Part shown: positions 28,639-38,625 of the stretch, one piece after another
How the letters are laid out: the number at the start of each line of letters is the position of its first letter
How positions within the stretch are numbered: the first letter of the stretch is position 1
NCBI GenBank assembly: GCA_022842685.1
Contig: JALHPC010000006.1
Span: forward strand, 26,053-90,052
Reading direction: 5' to 3'
Source: Candidatus Kapaibacterium sp.
GTDB lineage: Bacteria; Bacteroidota; Ignavibacteria; Kapaibacteriales; Kapaibacteriaceae
DNA: 64,000 nt
The notes under the pieces: generated by a model
What the model was told of the DNA's origin: nothing
Seen by the model: the letters and a program-made list of their open reading frames with translations, nothing else
Databases searched by the model: none
Program-made: the position numbers and the translations under genes

Positions 28639-29016
28639 TTATTTCTTCGACTCGGACGCGTGAGCAAGAATGAGAGCGCCACCGGCCAAGCCCAGATCCT
28701 TGAGCATGGAACTCATGGCATTCATGCCAGCTGCCATGTCGTCGCCCGCTCCAAGAAATCCCGGAAGGTGAATCGACAGAGCATAAATCAGCATCAGTAC
28801 TGCGGTAAGCAATGCCGCTAGGCGCATTTGCTTTCCACTAAGGAAGGCGATCGCCGCCAGCACCTGCGCCAAACCGGTGACGTATACCCAAAGGGCACCA
28901 CCTGGAATGGGAACCATTCCCGCCATGGCATCGGCATATCGAAAGTGGTTGACGCCAAACATCAGGAACGGAATCGAAAATAGAATCCGACCTACAAGAA
29001 AGAGCGACGCATTCAT
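28639..29016 (-). CDS. DoxX family membrane protein
   Basis: 125 aa, 4 TM. N-terminal FLVGRILFSIPFLMFGVNHF is typical of DoxX. Confidence 0.65.
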   Translation of the reverse strand: MNASLFLVGRILFSIPFLMFGVNHFRYADAMAGMVPIPGGALWVYVTGLAQVLAAIAFLSGKQMRLAALLTAVLMLIYALSIHLPGFLGAGDDMAAGMNAMSSMLKDLGLAGGALILAHASESKK

Positions 29017-29064
29017 ATAACAGACCTCCTATGGAAATGTGGTTATGGTACCGACACGCGACAT

Positions 29065-29526
29065 TCACGCTCCGTACAAACGCTCGCATAATCGTGTTAT
29101 CATCTTCGCGTCGCGCTCGCTAATCCGCTCGGCTACGTCCTGATGGATCTGCGCAACGGCAGTCTCCATGGAGTCGAGAAGCGCAAGACCCTTTGCCGTA
29201 ATCACAGTAATCGACAGTCGGCCGTCATGTTCGCTTGCACCACGCTGCACAAGCTGCGCCTTCTCAAGCCGGCCAATCAAGCGAGTCACGTCAGGCGCCT
29301 GCTGAATCATCCGCTTGATGATGTCGCAACGAGCATGGCCGCTTGGATAAGCACCGCGAAGAATGCGAAGCACGTTGTACTGTGCAGCAGTAATTCCATA
29401 CTGCTGGCACACGGCATCCATACGTCGGTTGAATTCATCAGCACATACAAGAAGACTCAGAAGAGCTTCTTGATGCACCGATTCAAACGATCGCTGCTGC
29501 AGTCTGTCGCGTATTGCTTCGCCCAT
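29065..29526 (-). CDS. MarR family transcriptional regulator
   Basis: Winged-helix region ITAAQYNVLRILRGAYPSGHARCDIIKRMIQQAPDVTRLIGRLEKAQLVQR, about 150 aa. Upstream of DoxX in the same orientation. Confidence 0.8.
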   Translation of the reverse strand: MGEAIRDRLQQRSFESVHQEALLSLLVCADEFNRRMDAVCQQYGITAAQYNVLRILRGAYPSGHARCDIIKRMIQQAPDVTRLIGRLEKAQLVQRGASEHDGRLSITVITAKGLALLDSMETAVAQIHQDVAERISERDAKMITRLCERLYGA

Positions 29527-29606
29527 GGTGCAATGTTACAAAATCTTTATGTGTTGCAACACAGAATTTTTACACCAGACGCTGCGCGGCAGGTAGGACT
29601 ATCAGA

Positions 29607-30377
29607 TTACCACAATGGTGAGTAGACGCCAATAGGGATCTCTTTGCCGTTCTTGAGGCGAACAACGGCGCCCACGGGGCCATACTTGTGATTCGTAACG
29701 AACGTAACCCGGTCCATAATTGGGTCGTTCTCGGTAATGCTCTCCGTCTTGAGAACCTTGATTCGCCAGAAGTAGACTTCGTAATCGTCGGTCGTCGACT
29801 TATACGACACTGTGCGTGTTGTGCGCACGCCATCGTTATCGGTAAACGACCACGAGTCGCCCACATTCATGCCATACTTCACGATGGTAAACGGCTTCGA
29901 TTCGTTACCACGCGACGACACAAACTCTTGAATCCCCTCGGATGTGACCTTGAATTTGGGCTCGGCATGAATGCGTACGACGCCCGGTTGCGACGTGTCG
30001 ATCGTGGCGCCATATCGTTTAGCCAAGCCGTCAAGAATCGTTAGTCGCGCCTCAATTGGAAGCCCACTTGTGCCTGCAAGAGTATCCAAATCTAGAAGGA
30101 GCTGACGATCGAACTGCAGATTCACGTCCATCGTAACAACGCCACCCGAGCGTGACTTTACCACGACGCTATCCTTGAAGTTGTACTCCTTGCCTGGAAA
30201 CATTTCGTGGAGTTTTGGACCAGCATCCCACAGTTGACCAACATTCGTCATCTCAAGGTCGGTGTCACCAGAGATAACATTAGGGTCGTCGGAATCTGAC
30301 TCTACGAGTCCGCAACTTGACAGCACAGCAACGACTGTTGCTAGGGCAAACAGCCCAACGAAGTGTTTGACGAACAT
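29607..30377 (-). CDS. Hypothetical lipoprotein
   Basis: Start set at MFVKHFVGLFALATVVAVLSSCGL (lipobox). No recognisable domain. Confidence 0.4.
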   Translation of the reverse strand: MFVKHFVGLFALATVVAVLSSCGLVESDSDDPNVISGDTDLEMTNVGQLWDAGPKLHEMFPGKEYNFKDSVVVKSRSGGVVTMDVNLQFDRQLLLDLDTLAGTSGLPIEARLTILDGLAKRYGATIDTSQPGVVRIHAEPKFKVTSEGIQEFVSSRGNESKPFTIVKYGMNVGDSWSFTDNDGVRTTRTVSYKSTTDDYEVYFWRIKVLKTESITENDPIMDRVTFVTNHKYGPVGAVVRLKNGKEIPIGVYSPLW

Positions 30378-30458
30378 TGTTGTTGTCCAGATGTTAGTGA
30401 GTGTGGTTGATGTCGCAGCAAAGTTGGTCATCAACCGAATCAATAACTATGACAAATG

Positions 30459-30512
30459 TCACGTTTGCACGGGACGTTGGCACGGGACATTGGCACGGGA
30501 CGTTGGCACGGG
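30459..30512. repeat. 13-bp tandem repeat x3.5 (TGGCACGGGAC[G/A]T)
   Basis: GCACGGGACGTTG GCACGGGACATTG GCACGGGACGTTG GCACGGGCAGG read directly. Intergenic, upstream of the lipoprotein gene. Confidence 0.85.
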
Positions 30513-30530
30513 CAGGCACGAGGCCTGCCC

Positions 30531-31802
30531 CTACATTTTTCGGGTGTAGAGCGTGCTGAGCACGCGTGGCGCATGCGGATTGCTGTAATCAATCTGCTGG
30601 ACGCCTTCGCGGGTCGACAGTATCGCAGTGCCCCCTAAAGGGATGATGTCGTAGGCGTTCCATTCGGCCATATGGGAGAGAAGGCGAAGGTTGGCGGGCT
30701 GCGAAGCGTCGTAGATTTTTAGCCCGGCGCGCCCATCGCAAACGAAGAGCGTCGAACCATCGACACCAACGCCCTGCGGCTCCTGCATGAAGTACGATTT
30801 GACAAGCCTAGGATTCATGAGGTCGGCGATGTTGATGACGTCGAGCTGATTTTGCCCACCGCCACACATGGTGCCACTACGGAGCGTTACAAAGGCCAGC
30901 GAATCCGTGGCTACCACGGGGTCGCAAGCACGTGCGTGGCTAAACGTGGACAGCATGCTGGGGCTGGAAGGGTCTGCATTGTCGAAAATAAACATGCCCG
31001 TCATCGAGCCAATAAAGAGCTTGTCCTTGTATGGGAATATGGTTTCGATGCCCCACCCAAGGTTAATCCGCGACCATACCAAGGGCCGCGATGGAGTGGC
31101 AATGTTGAAGAGCTGCATGTCGGTGTGAGTGACGGCATAGAGCCACGATTTAACCACCGTAAAGCGAGCCATCGAGCCACCGGTACCCGTCTGGCCGCCG
31201 CCGCTACCACCCGAGGAAGGCGCTCCGGGTCCCTCAGCGCGATCACTTGAAACAGGCCGATCGAGAGGAACATCACCCCATCGGTATTGACCGTCGCTTA
31301 CGTCGACGTCAACTTCAACTTCGCGCCATCCGGTAACCACGCCCGAGTCGGGGTCGGAATAGTAGAACTCTGTAGCATTAAGCGCCTGAGGAAAGATGCC
31401 TTCGATGCGATGTACAACGCGGGCCTGCTCTGGATTGCTAATGTCGATAGCTACAAGGTCGACGTAGCTGTCAACATACATGATGTTGTCCTTCACAGCC
31501 ATGTCACCCGATCCAGGTACCACTACAAAAGCCACGTACCGTGGATTGGTATTGGTTGAATTGTCGACGATATGAATGCCTTCGCCGATCTCGCTTATCA
31601 GTAAATAGTTGCCATAGACATAGATTTTTCCGGGCTTGACAACTTGGTGTGGCGGGTCGACGCGCACGGCAGAGCGCAATGCTTCGTACGACATATACAC
31701 CGGTTGTTGCATCTTGATGCGAACGGTTTTCGAGGGACCGTTTGGGTCGGCGCAGGCAGCAAGAACAAGTGCAAGAATGGCAAACGTTAGGATGTGTTTC
31801 AT
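30531..31802 (-). CDS. LVIVD-repeat beta-propeller lipoprotein
   Basis: Lipobox LVLAACAD. Repeated motifs YLLISEIGEGIHIVDNS, MYVDSYVDLVAIDISNP, LFVCDGRAGLKIYDASQP. Confidence 0.5.
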   Translation of the reverse strand: MKHILTFAILALVLAACADPNGPSKTVRIKMQQPVYMSYEALRSAVRVDPPHQVVKPGKIYVYGNYLLISEIGEGIHIVDNSTNTNPRYVAFVVVPGSGDMAVKDNIMYVDSYVDLVAIDISNPEQARVVHRIEGIFPQALNATEFYYSDPDSGVVTGWREVEVDVDVSDGQYRWGDVPLDRPVSSDRAEGPGAPSSGGSGGGQTGTGGSMARFTVVKSWLYAVTHTDMQLFNIATPSRPLVWSRINLGWGIETIFPYKDKLFIGSMTGMFIFDNADPSSPSMLSTFSHARACDPVVATDSLAFVTLRSGTMCGGGQNQLDVINIADLMNPRLVKSYFMQEPQGVGVDGSTLFVCDGRAGLKIYDASQPANLRLLSHMAEWNAYDIIPLGGTAILSTREGVQQIDYSNPHAPRVLSTLYTRKM

Positions 31803-31860
31803 GGCAGAGTGTGCAGTGATTGCCGATACAACGCTATCAACACCGTAGGGTGCTGTTCTG

Positions 31861-33453
31861 TTACAATGGGATGTTGCCGTGTTTCTTCCACGGATTCGTG
31901 TCGACCTTGCTTCGAAGTGTTCGCAGCGCCGTAATCAGCACGCGGCGCGTGTCTTGCGGCTCAATCACATCGTCGATGAAACCGCGCTCGGCGGCTTCGT
32001 ACGGGCTTGCAAACTGGTCGTTGTACTGCTTTGTAAGCTCGTCGTAGCGCTGGGTTTTATCATCGGCCTTGTCGAGTTCTTTGCGATAGAGAATCTCAAC
32101 AGCCCCCTTGGCCCCCATCACAGCAATCTCGGCCGTAGGCCATGCCACGTTATAGTCACCACGAATGTGTTTGCTGTTCATCACGTCGTAGGCACCACCG
32201 TAGGCCTTGCGCGTTATCACCGTTAGCTTGGGTACGGTGGCTTCGCAAAAGGCATACAGCAACTTCGCGCCGTGGCGAATAATGCCTCGCCACTCTTGAT
32301 CGGTACCGGGCAAAAATCCGGGCACGTCCTCGAACACCACAAGCGGAATGTTAAAGGCATCGCAAAACCGCACAAAGCGCGCCCCCTTGATGCTAGAGTT
32401 GATGTCGAGCACACCCGCTAAACTCGCCGGCTGGTTAGCTACCACACCAACGGGATTACCATCCAGTGTAGCAAACCCAACGACGATGTTTGTGGCATAC
32501 TGGGCATGTATCTCAAAAAAATCACCCTCGTCCACCACGTCACGTATTACGTCCTTGATGTCGTACGGCTGATTAGGATTCTCCGGCACGATGCGCTTCA
32601 GCGCCACATTTTCCCTATTGAAGGGGTCGTCGGTAGGCCGTACTGGCGTGCGCTCGCGGTTGCTCGAAGGCAGAAAGCCCACAAGCTTACGCACGGCAAG
32701 CAAACATGCTACTTCGTTGTCGAAGGCGCCATGACACACTCCCGAACGCTCGCTGTGTGTGTCGGCACCGCCAAGTTCCTCGAACGTCACCTCTTCGTGC
32801 GTAACGGTCTTCACTACTTCCGGTCCGGTAACGAACATGTACGACGTGCCTTTGGTCATGAACACAAAGTCTGTAAGCGCCGGCGAATACACAGCACCAC
32901 CAGCACAGGGCCCTAAGATGACGCTGATTTGCGGCACCACACCACTGGCCATGGTGTTGCGAAGAAAGATGTCGGCATAACCTCCTAGCGATGCCACGCC
33001 CTCCTGAATGCGTGCTCCACCACTGTCGTTGAGCCCAATAAGCGGGGCTCCGATGCGGACGGCGTGGTCCATCACCTTGCAGATTTTTTCGGCGTGAACC
33101 TCGCTAAGCGAACCACCAAACACGGTGAAGTCTTGCGAGAATACGCAGACGGTTCTGCCGTCGATCGTACCGAATCCAGTTACCACACCATCTCCAAGCG
33201 GGCGCTGCTTGTCCAACCCAAAGCGCGTGCTACGGTGCCGCGCCAAAGCGTCCAACTCGTTAAACGACCCTGGGTCGAGCAATACCTCTAAGCGCTCGCG
33301 TGCCGTTAGCTTGCCCTTGGCATGCTGAGCATCAATGCGCGCCTGGCCACCGCCAAGCTGAGCTTCGGCTTTGAGGTTGCGTAACAGGTCAATCTTGGGA
33401 TTCAACGTCGTCTCCTGACAGTAGTGTTCGACTGCAAAGTTACCACCCTTCAT
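31861..33453 (-). CDS. pccB: Acyl-CoA carboxylase carboxyltransferase subunit (propionyl-CoA carboxylase beta chain-like)
   Basis: [20 protein letters not shown]. Two carboxyltransferase half-domains. [16 protein letters not shown]. Confidence 0.85.
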   Translation of the reverse strand: MKGGNFAVEHYCQETTLNPKIDLLRNLKAEAQLGGGQARIDAQHAKGKLTARERLEVLLDPGSFNELDALARHRSTRFGLDKQRPLGDGVVTGFGTIDGRTVCVFSQDFTVFGGSLSEVHAEKICKVMDHAVRIGAPLIGLNDSGGARIQEGVASLGGYADIFLRNTMASGVVPQISVILGPCAGGAVYSPALTDFVFMTKGTSYMFVTGPEVVKTVTHEEVTFEELGGADTHSERSGVCHGAFDNEVACLLAVRKLVGFLPSSNRERTPVRPTDDPFNRENVALKRIVPENPNQPYDIKDVIRDVVDEGDFFEIHAQYATNIVVGFATLDGNPVGVVANQPASLAGVLDINSSIKGARFVRFCDAFNIPLVVFEDVPGFLPGTDQEWRGIIRHGAKLLYAFCEATVPKLTVITRKAYGGAYDVMNSKHIRGDYNVAWPTAEIAVMGAKGAVEILYRKELDKADDKTQRYDELTKQYNDQFASPYEAAERGFIDDVIEPQDTRRVLITALRTLRSKVDTNPWKKHGNIPL

Positions 33454-33500
33454 TGCGCCGATGCTCGTGGCCGCATGGCATAGCCGTACTTTTGCGCTTC

Positions 33501-33893
33501 ATGCTACACCGTATCATCTTCTTCCTCGGCCTGTTTACCGCGTCGCTATCGCTTATGGTTGGCGCTATGATCATTGGCAACCTAGCTGCCAACGAGTGGC
33601 GCCTGTCCGATCCCGGCCTTGCCTATCTGTTCGTTGTTATGCTTGTAGGGGGCATCGTTGTAACGCTGCTGGCGCAGCGCGCACGCGCACGCGTTCACCA
33701 ACGCATGAAGGCCGCAGCCGACATCATGATTGCCAACGCAGGATGGGTCGACGCCAGCGTAATGGCCATGGTGCTGCGCTGCTCGCTCGACGATGCCGTG
33801 GCCTTGCTCGACGACTGGGCAGAGCGCAATGATGTTCGACGCCAGCAACTGCGTGGCTACGACGTGCGCTATACACCACCACGCCATCAATGA
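33501..33893 (+). CDS. Small membrane protein (hypothetical)
   Basis: Two predicted TM helices. 4-nt ATGA overlap with the downstream GT2 gene. The start is uncertain (33453 or 33501). Confidence 0.3.
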   Translation: MLHRIIFFLGLFTASLSLMVGAMIIGNLAANEWRLSDPGLAYLFVVMLVGGIVVTLLAQRARARVHQRMKAAADIMIANAGWVDASVMAMVLRCSLDDAVALLDDWAERNDVRRQQLRGYDVRYTPPRHQ

Positions 33894-34585
33894 ACCTGCC
33901 GCGCGTTGTTGCCATTATGCCAGCCCTTAACGAGGAAGCTGCAATCGGCAACGTTCTTCGTAGTCTGCCCGCAACGCTCCTGCATGCCGTAGTCGTGGTC
34001 GATAATGGCAGCACAGATGCAACGGCTGCCATTGCCGCCCATCACGGGGCCACCGTGGTTCACGAGCCCGAACGCGGCTATGGCGCGGCCTGCCTACGCG
34101 GAATTGCCGAAGCCGAACGCCAGGGCGCCGACGTGATTGTGTTCCTTGATGCAGATGGTGCCGACGATCCAGCAGATATTGCCGCCGTGCTGCAGCCGGT
34201 ACTCGACGGCACGGCCGACATGGTGATCGGGTCGCGCCTTGCTGGCTCGCGCCAGCGCGGATCGCTTACGCCACCGCAGGTGTTTGGCAATTGGCTGGCA
34301 ACAGCGTTGATTCGCTTGCTGTGGAACGTACGCTTTACCGACCTAGGGCCGCTTCGCGCAATACGTGCGCAAACGCTTGCCGCGATGGATATGCAAGACC
34401 GTAACTTTGGTTGGACGGTCGAAATGCAGATCAAGGCGGCCAAGATGAGAACCCGCTGTTGCGAAGTTCCCGTTCACTACCGTCGCCGTATCGGTACGTC
34501 AAAAATCTCTGGAACAGTCCGCGGCACCGTCATGGCTGGTTCAATTATTCTATCAACGATTGCTCGCTATGCGCTCCGCCGCTAA
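33890..34585 (+). CDS. Glycosyltransferase family 2 (dolichyl/polyprenyl-phosphate sugar synthase-like)
   Basis: VVAIMPALNEE...VVVVDNGSTDAT...VFLDADG (DXD). Confidence 0.8.
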   Translation: MNLPRVVAIMPALNEEAAIGNVLRSLPATLLHAVVVVDNGSTDATAAIAAHHGATVVHEPERGYGAACLRGIAEAERQGADVIVFLDADGADDPADIAAVLQPVLDGTADMVIGSRLAGSRQRGSLTPPQVFGNWLATALIRLLWNVRFTDLGPLRAIRAQTLAAMDMQDRNFGWTVEMQIKAAKMRTRCCEVPVHYRRRIGTSKISGTVRGTVMAGSIILSTIARYALRR

Positions 34586-35867
34586 CGCTGTTGCTGTAGT
34601 GTCGCTGCTGGGAATACTGGCAAGCGTCGTGCTTGCACAGCCAACCAGTGCCCCCTATCTGTGGCCTGTTCATGCGGTGGCATGGGTGGCGCTGATGCTG
34701 GTAATCACACGACACGACCTGTCCCAACTAGCTAAGGTACTGATGGTTGTAACGGTGGCTGTGGTGGTTGGGTGGACGATGGGCACAAGTGCAGGGCTGT
34801 ACACTGTGCCGATAAGCGACGACGTATACCGCTACATCTGGGACGGACACGTTACGACGTCGGGCATTAACCCCTATGCCTATCCACCGAACAGCCCGGC
34901 TGTGGCTGGACTGGCGTTTTCGCCGCGCGAGAATATGGTGTTGCCTACCGACGTCAAGTTTGCGCATATGACCACGATCTACCCTCCCGGGGGGCAGCTG
35001 CTGTTTGCAGCTATAACGGTGTTAGGTGGCACCACCCTTTCGGGCTGGATGTTGGCGTGGCAACTGGTGCTGATAGGTCTTGCAACGACCATGGTTCTTG
35101 TGATTCGCCGCGATAGACGGTGGATAGCGCTCGTTGTACTGTTGAATCCGATTCTCGTGATTCATGGGCTGCGAGAGCCGCATATCGATGCCGCCATGGC
35201 ATTGATAAGCGTCATTGCGATTGCCCTGTGGGATCGACAACGGCCTGCCTGGTCGGGCATCGCCCTGGCTTGTGCTATCGCCATGAAGTACCTAGCGGGA
35301 ATGGCGGTGCCGCTTATGATTGTTGCGCGCAGGCGAGCGTCGGTCATCGCCGTGGGCACGGCTTTGCTTGGCGTAGCCCTGTTGTATGCGCCGTTTATGG
35401 GCCACAACGTAGCAGGCAATCTTGGAACGTTTGCCGCGAAGTTTCGAGCGAACAGCTTTGTTGCCGAAGCATTGATTGGGGCAGGTATGAAGGGAACCAC
35501 CACTCACAGCGTATTGCTTGCCTGTATGGCGCTTGCTGCGTGTGCTGTACTGTGGCGATATCGGCGGGCGCCTGCCTATGCCGTGGCAACTGCAACCATG
35601 GCCATGCTTTGTCTGTCTCCAGTAGCACATCCATGGTACTTCGCCCTGCCGGTTGCGCTGTGCGCTCTAACGGCATCGCGAGCTGCCGTAGCAGCTACGT
35701 TGTTCACGCCGCTCTACCTTGTAGGATGGCACTATTACACAAACGGCGGCGCCTGGAAAGAGGACGCCGCCGTGTTGCTGGCTGAGTGGCTACCAATAGC
35801 CGTATGTGTTGTAGCAGACGTGGTGCGTCCGCCACGCTGGCTTACCAGCGAGCCACCTTCCGAGTAA
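34560..35867 (+). CDS. Polytopic membrane glycosyltransferase-like protein (DUF2029/GT87-like)
   Basis: About 10 TM. Extracytoplasmic loop DDVYRYIWDGH... Paired with a GT2 polyprenyl-P sugar synthase-like gene. Confidence 0.4.
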   Translation: MLAMRSAANAVAVVSLLGILASVVLAQPTSAPYLWPVHAVAWVALMLVITRHDLSQLAKVLMVVTVAVVVGWTMGTSAGLYTVPISDDVYRYIWDGHVTTSGINPYAYPPNSPAVAGLAFSPRENMVLPTDVKFAHMTTIYPPGGQLLFAAITVLGGTTLSGWMLAWQLVLIGLATTMVLVIRRDRRWIALVVLLNPILVIHGLREPHIDAAMALISVIAIALWDRQRPAWSGIALACAIAMKYLAGMAVPLMIVARRRASVIAVGTALLGVALLYAPFMGHNVAGNLGTFAAKFRANSFVAEALIGAGMKGTTTHSVLLACMALAACAVLWRYRRAPAYAVATATMAMLCLSPVAHPWYFALPVALCALTASRAAVAATLFTPLYLVGWHYYTNGGAWKEDAAVLLAEWLPIAVCVVADVVRPPRWLTSEPPSE

Positions 35868-37920
35868 CATTAAGGCCCTTGCCAGAGATCACAACGGTGT
35901 ACACCCCTGGTGTAAGCTGGCCAAGACTTATGGTCATGGATTCGTTCTCGGCAACATGTGTGGCCACACGGTTGCCAAGCAAGTCGAACACCATGATTGA
36001 AGCGCCTATTGGGGTACCTTCGATGACAACGTCGCCAAAGGTTGGGTTGGGATACAGCCGTAGGCCATGTTGAGCTAGTTCGTCGACGCTTGACGTTCCA
36101 ACGACGATTTCGGCCGATCGCGAGCAGCCGTCTTCGTCGATCACCCGCACGCGGTAGCGTCCAGTGCCTTGCACGTTAAGGTCGGGTGCGTTGGCGTCGT
36201 TAATACGGCGTCCTTCACGCCACCACTCGTAGCGCTTGCCGGTAATGTTAACGCGCAAAACATCGGCCACGTTGGTGATCTCGGGCTGGGCCATGCCTTC
36301 ATAGATTTCAACGGCAACGTTGACCGACGACAACATGCAGTCGAGCTGGTCGGTAATACGCACACCAACGGTGTGATTACCTACCGGCAACGACCCAAGG
36401 GGAAAGCGGTGCCCCGTAATGGTAGATGGTGAGCCATCGACAGACCACACGTACAAGGGATAACCGGGATAGGCCACAAGCAGACTATCGCTGCCAGCGC
36501 ATAGGCGTAGGGGTCCAGCCGACGGGAGCAGCTCGGTATTGGGGCCGCACTCCATCGTGGCGATAAACACGTCGGCAAGACGGTTGCCGGTAAAGGTCTC
36601 TTCGCCTATCCGCACTTCGGTTGTAAATGTGCCACATACGATGGGCTCGTTATTCGCATTTAGGAGGATGCCCGTAACGGCATCTTCGAAGCGGCCACCA
36701 AGTCTGCGCACCCAGTCGTAGTCGCCGTTTTCGCGCAAACGAAGAATAAAGCCGTCGAGGCCGCCTTCGGACAGCAACGATGTTTGACTGATGACGGAGA
36801 GTGAGTCGAAGCGGCCGCCGATGTAGACGTTGTTCTTTGAGTCGGTGGCGATGGCTAGGCCTGTTTCTTCAAAGATGCTGCCATACTTAACGAGGTTCTT
36901 GGTTTCGCCGTTCTTGCCAAGTCGGGCAAAGAACACGTCGCTGGCATTCTCGCCAGTTGCAGTAAGCGTAGTACCGGCAAAGTTCGTTGTGCCGTTAATG
37001 GCACCGGTGATAATCATGTCACCCTTGCGGTCGACTGCACACGTAATGTAACGATCGGTGCCAGTGTAGCCAGCGCGCTTTAGGAAGGCAACATCGCCAT
37101 TGGACGAGTAGGCCATCATGAAGAAGTCGGGAAGGTTATTCACCGACTCAATTTGTTCCATGTTCCATTGACCACGACCGCGAAACGTACCCGTTGAATA
37201 CACACGATCGCCGTTGGGGGTAACGGCAATGCCCGTTGCGATATCGCCGTCGATGCCACCACCGCTGCGCACCCACACAACGTCGCCCGTGGTTCCATTA
37301 ACCTTGGCAACGGCAACATCAAGGTTGCCATTGGCGGTAACCTTGCGAGTACCAAACTGTGCTTCGTCGGCAAACGACAGTGCAACGTAGACGTTGCCAA
37401 TCGAGTCGCAGGCGATGTATGGTGCTTCTTCGTCGCCGAGTGGCGAGCCAAAAATTTGCACCCACTGGCGAATTCCCATGCGGTTGTACTTCACCAGTGC
37501 TACGTCGGTCGAGGCTTCGCCGTCGATGCCGTCGAACACATCGCCTCCGATTTGAATCTGCTCGGAGAAACTAAAACCGACGTAGAAGTTACCGTCCTTG
37601 TCGACGGCGATGTTCTTCACATCGTCGTCGTACAGCCCGCCAACGGCGAGACTCGTTTGGATATTGCCGGTGCGACCATATCGAGCCAAGAAGGCGTCGT
37701 AGCTACGACCAACCGTAGGCAAGGACTGATTGCCGAAAACGATGGAATCGCGGAACACGCCCGACATCATAATGTCGCCATTGGGGAGTAAGGCAATCGA
37801 GCGTGCCTCGTCCATTGTTGGGCCGATACCAACACGTGACCACAAGAAGGTAGGCTGTGCTAGGGCTGGCGCAAAGCCAACTGCAAGAGCTGCAAGGAGG
37901 AGTAGAACGCGAGTTCTCAT
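35842..37920 (-). CDS. Secreted SBBP-repeat beta-propeller protein with T9SS C-terminal sorting domain
   Basis: Signal MRTRVLLLLAALAVGFAPALAQ. SBBP-like repeats (DGNFYVGFSF, IGNVYVALSF). The C-terminus ...GVYTVVISGKGLNVTRKVARW resembles a T9SS CTD. Confidence 0.55.
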   Translation of the reverse strand: MRTRVLLLLAALAVGFAPALAQPTFLWSRVGIGPTMDEARSIALLPNGDIMMSGVFRDSIVFGNQSLPTVGRSYDAFLARYGRTGNIQTSLAVGGLYDDDVKNIAVDKDGNFYVGFSFSEQIQIGGDVFDGIDGEASTDVALVKYNRMGIRQWVQIFGSPLGDEEAPYIACDSIGNVYVALSFADEAQFGTRKVTANGNLDVAVAKVNGTTGDVVWVRSGGGIDGDIATGIAVTPNGDRVYSTGTFRGRGQWNMEQIESVNNLPDFFMMAYSSNGDVAFLKRAGYTGTDRYITCAVDRKGDMIITGAINGTTNFAGTTLTATGENASDVFFARLGKNGETKNLVKYGSIFEETGLAIATDSKNNVYIGGRFDSLSVISQTSLLSEGGLDGFILRLRENGDYDWVRRLGGRFEDAVTGILLNANNEPIVCGTFTTEVRIGEETFTGNRLADVFIATMECGPNTELLPSAGPLRLCAGSDSLLVAYPGYPLYVWSVDGSPSTITGHRFPLGSLPVGNHTVGVRITDQLDCMLSSVNVAVEIYEGMAQPEITNVADVLRVNITGKRYEWWREGRRINDANAPDLNVQGTGRYRVRVIDEDGCSRSAEIVVGTSSVDELAQHGLRLYPNPTFGDVVIEGTPIGASIMVFDLLGNRVATHVAENESMTISLGQLTPGVYTVVISGKGLNVTRKVARW

Positions 37921-37992
37921 TTGGTTAACGGAAGTTGAGGTGAAGGGAGGAACAGTTCGTCGGGTCGTATCAACCCAGGTAATTATCACATG

Positions 37993-38538
37993 TTACGACT
38001 TGCGTGATGTCTTATGGATTTTGCCTTGTTGGTCGAGCGACTTATGAACGGCATCAAGGATGCCGTTCACGAAAGTACCGGATTTATCGGTGCTATACTT
38101 TTTGGCGAGGTCGATGGCCTCGTTTATGGTAACCTTGATGGGGATATCGGGGCTTGTAAGCATCTCGGCTATCGACATCGCAAGGAGTACTCGATCGATG
38201 TGGGCGATGCGTTTTAGGTCCCAGTGCTGGGCGTGGCCATCGATGATGCCTCGCAGGTGAGCATAGTCGGTCTGCGTGTGTTGTACAAGGTGCACGGCAT
38301 AATCGATTTCGCGCTGTGCCCAAACAATGGGCACATCGGCTTCCAGTTCGTGCACTTCGTCGGGCCGTAAGATTCGCTGTGCCCCTTGTTCAGGATTACC
38401 TGGATCGAACGTAAACTGGCGGAAGAAGATGTGCGGGAAGATCACGTCGAGGTCGACCTCGCGGTTGACTTCGACGTCGAGATCGACCTCGACAGGAATC
38501 ACGGCCGAAAGGATTTGGAGGGCCTTTTCGCGGGCCAT
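37993..38538 (-). CDS. nusB: Transcription antitermination factor NusB (with acidic insertion)
   Basis: AREKALQIL...KVTINEAIDLAKKYSTDKSGTFVNGILD matches NusB. It contains an extra EVDLDVEVNREVDLDV repeat insertion. The start was set at MAREKAL. Confidence 0.65.
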   Translation of the reverse strand: MAREKALQILSAVIPVEVDLDVEVNREVDLDVIFPHIFFRQFTFDPGNPEQGAQRILRPDEVHELEADVPIVWAQREIDYAVHLVQHTQTDYAHLRGIIDGHAQHWDLKRIAHIDRVLLAMSIAEMLTSPDIPIKVTINEAIDLAKKYSTDKSGTFVNGILDAVHKSLDQQGKIHKTSRKS

Positions 38539-38625
38539 AGAGCGGGTACCGTTGATGGTACGGCGCTGGCTTAGCGGAAAGCTGTCGTTGTCGGGTTGTG
38601 AAGGTTGTTGTGGCACAGAGTAGCG

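Noticed and set aside
30459-30512. Sigma-54 promoter (TGGCAC-N5-TTGC) within the 13-bp repeats
   Set aside because: The spacing to a TTGC-like element is off by one nucleotide (GTTGGC). I could not call it confidently, so it is mentioned only as a possibility.
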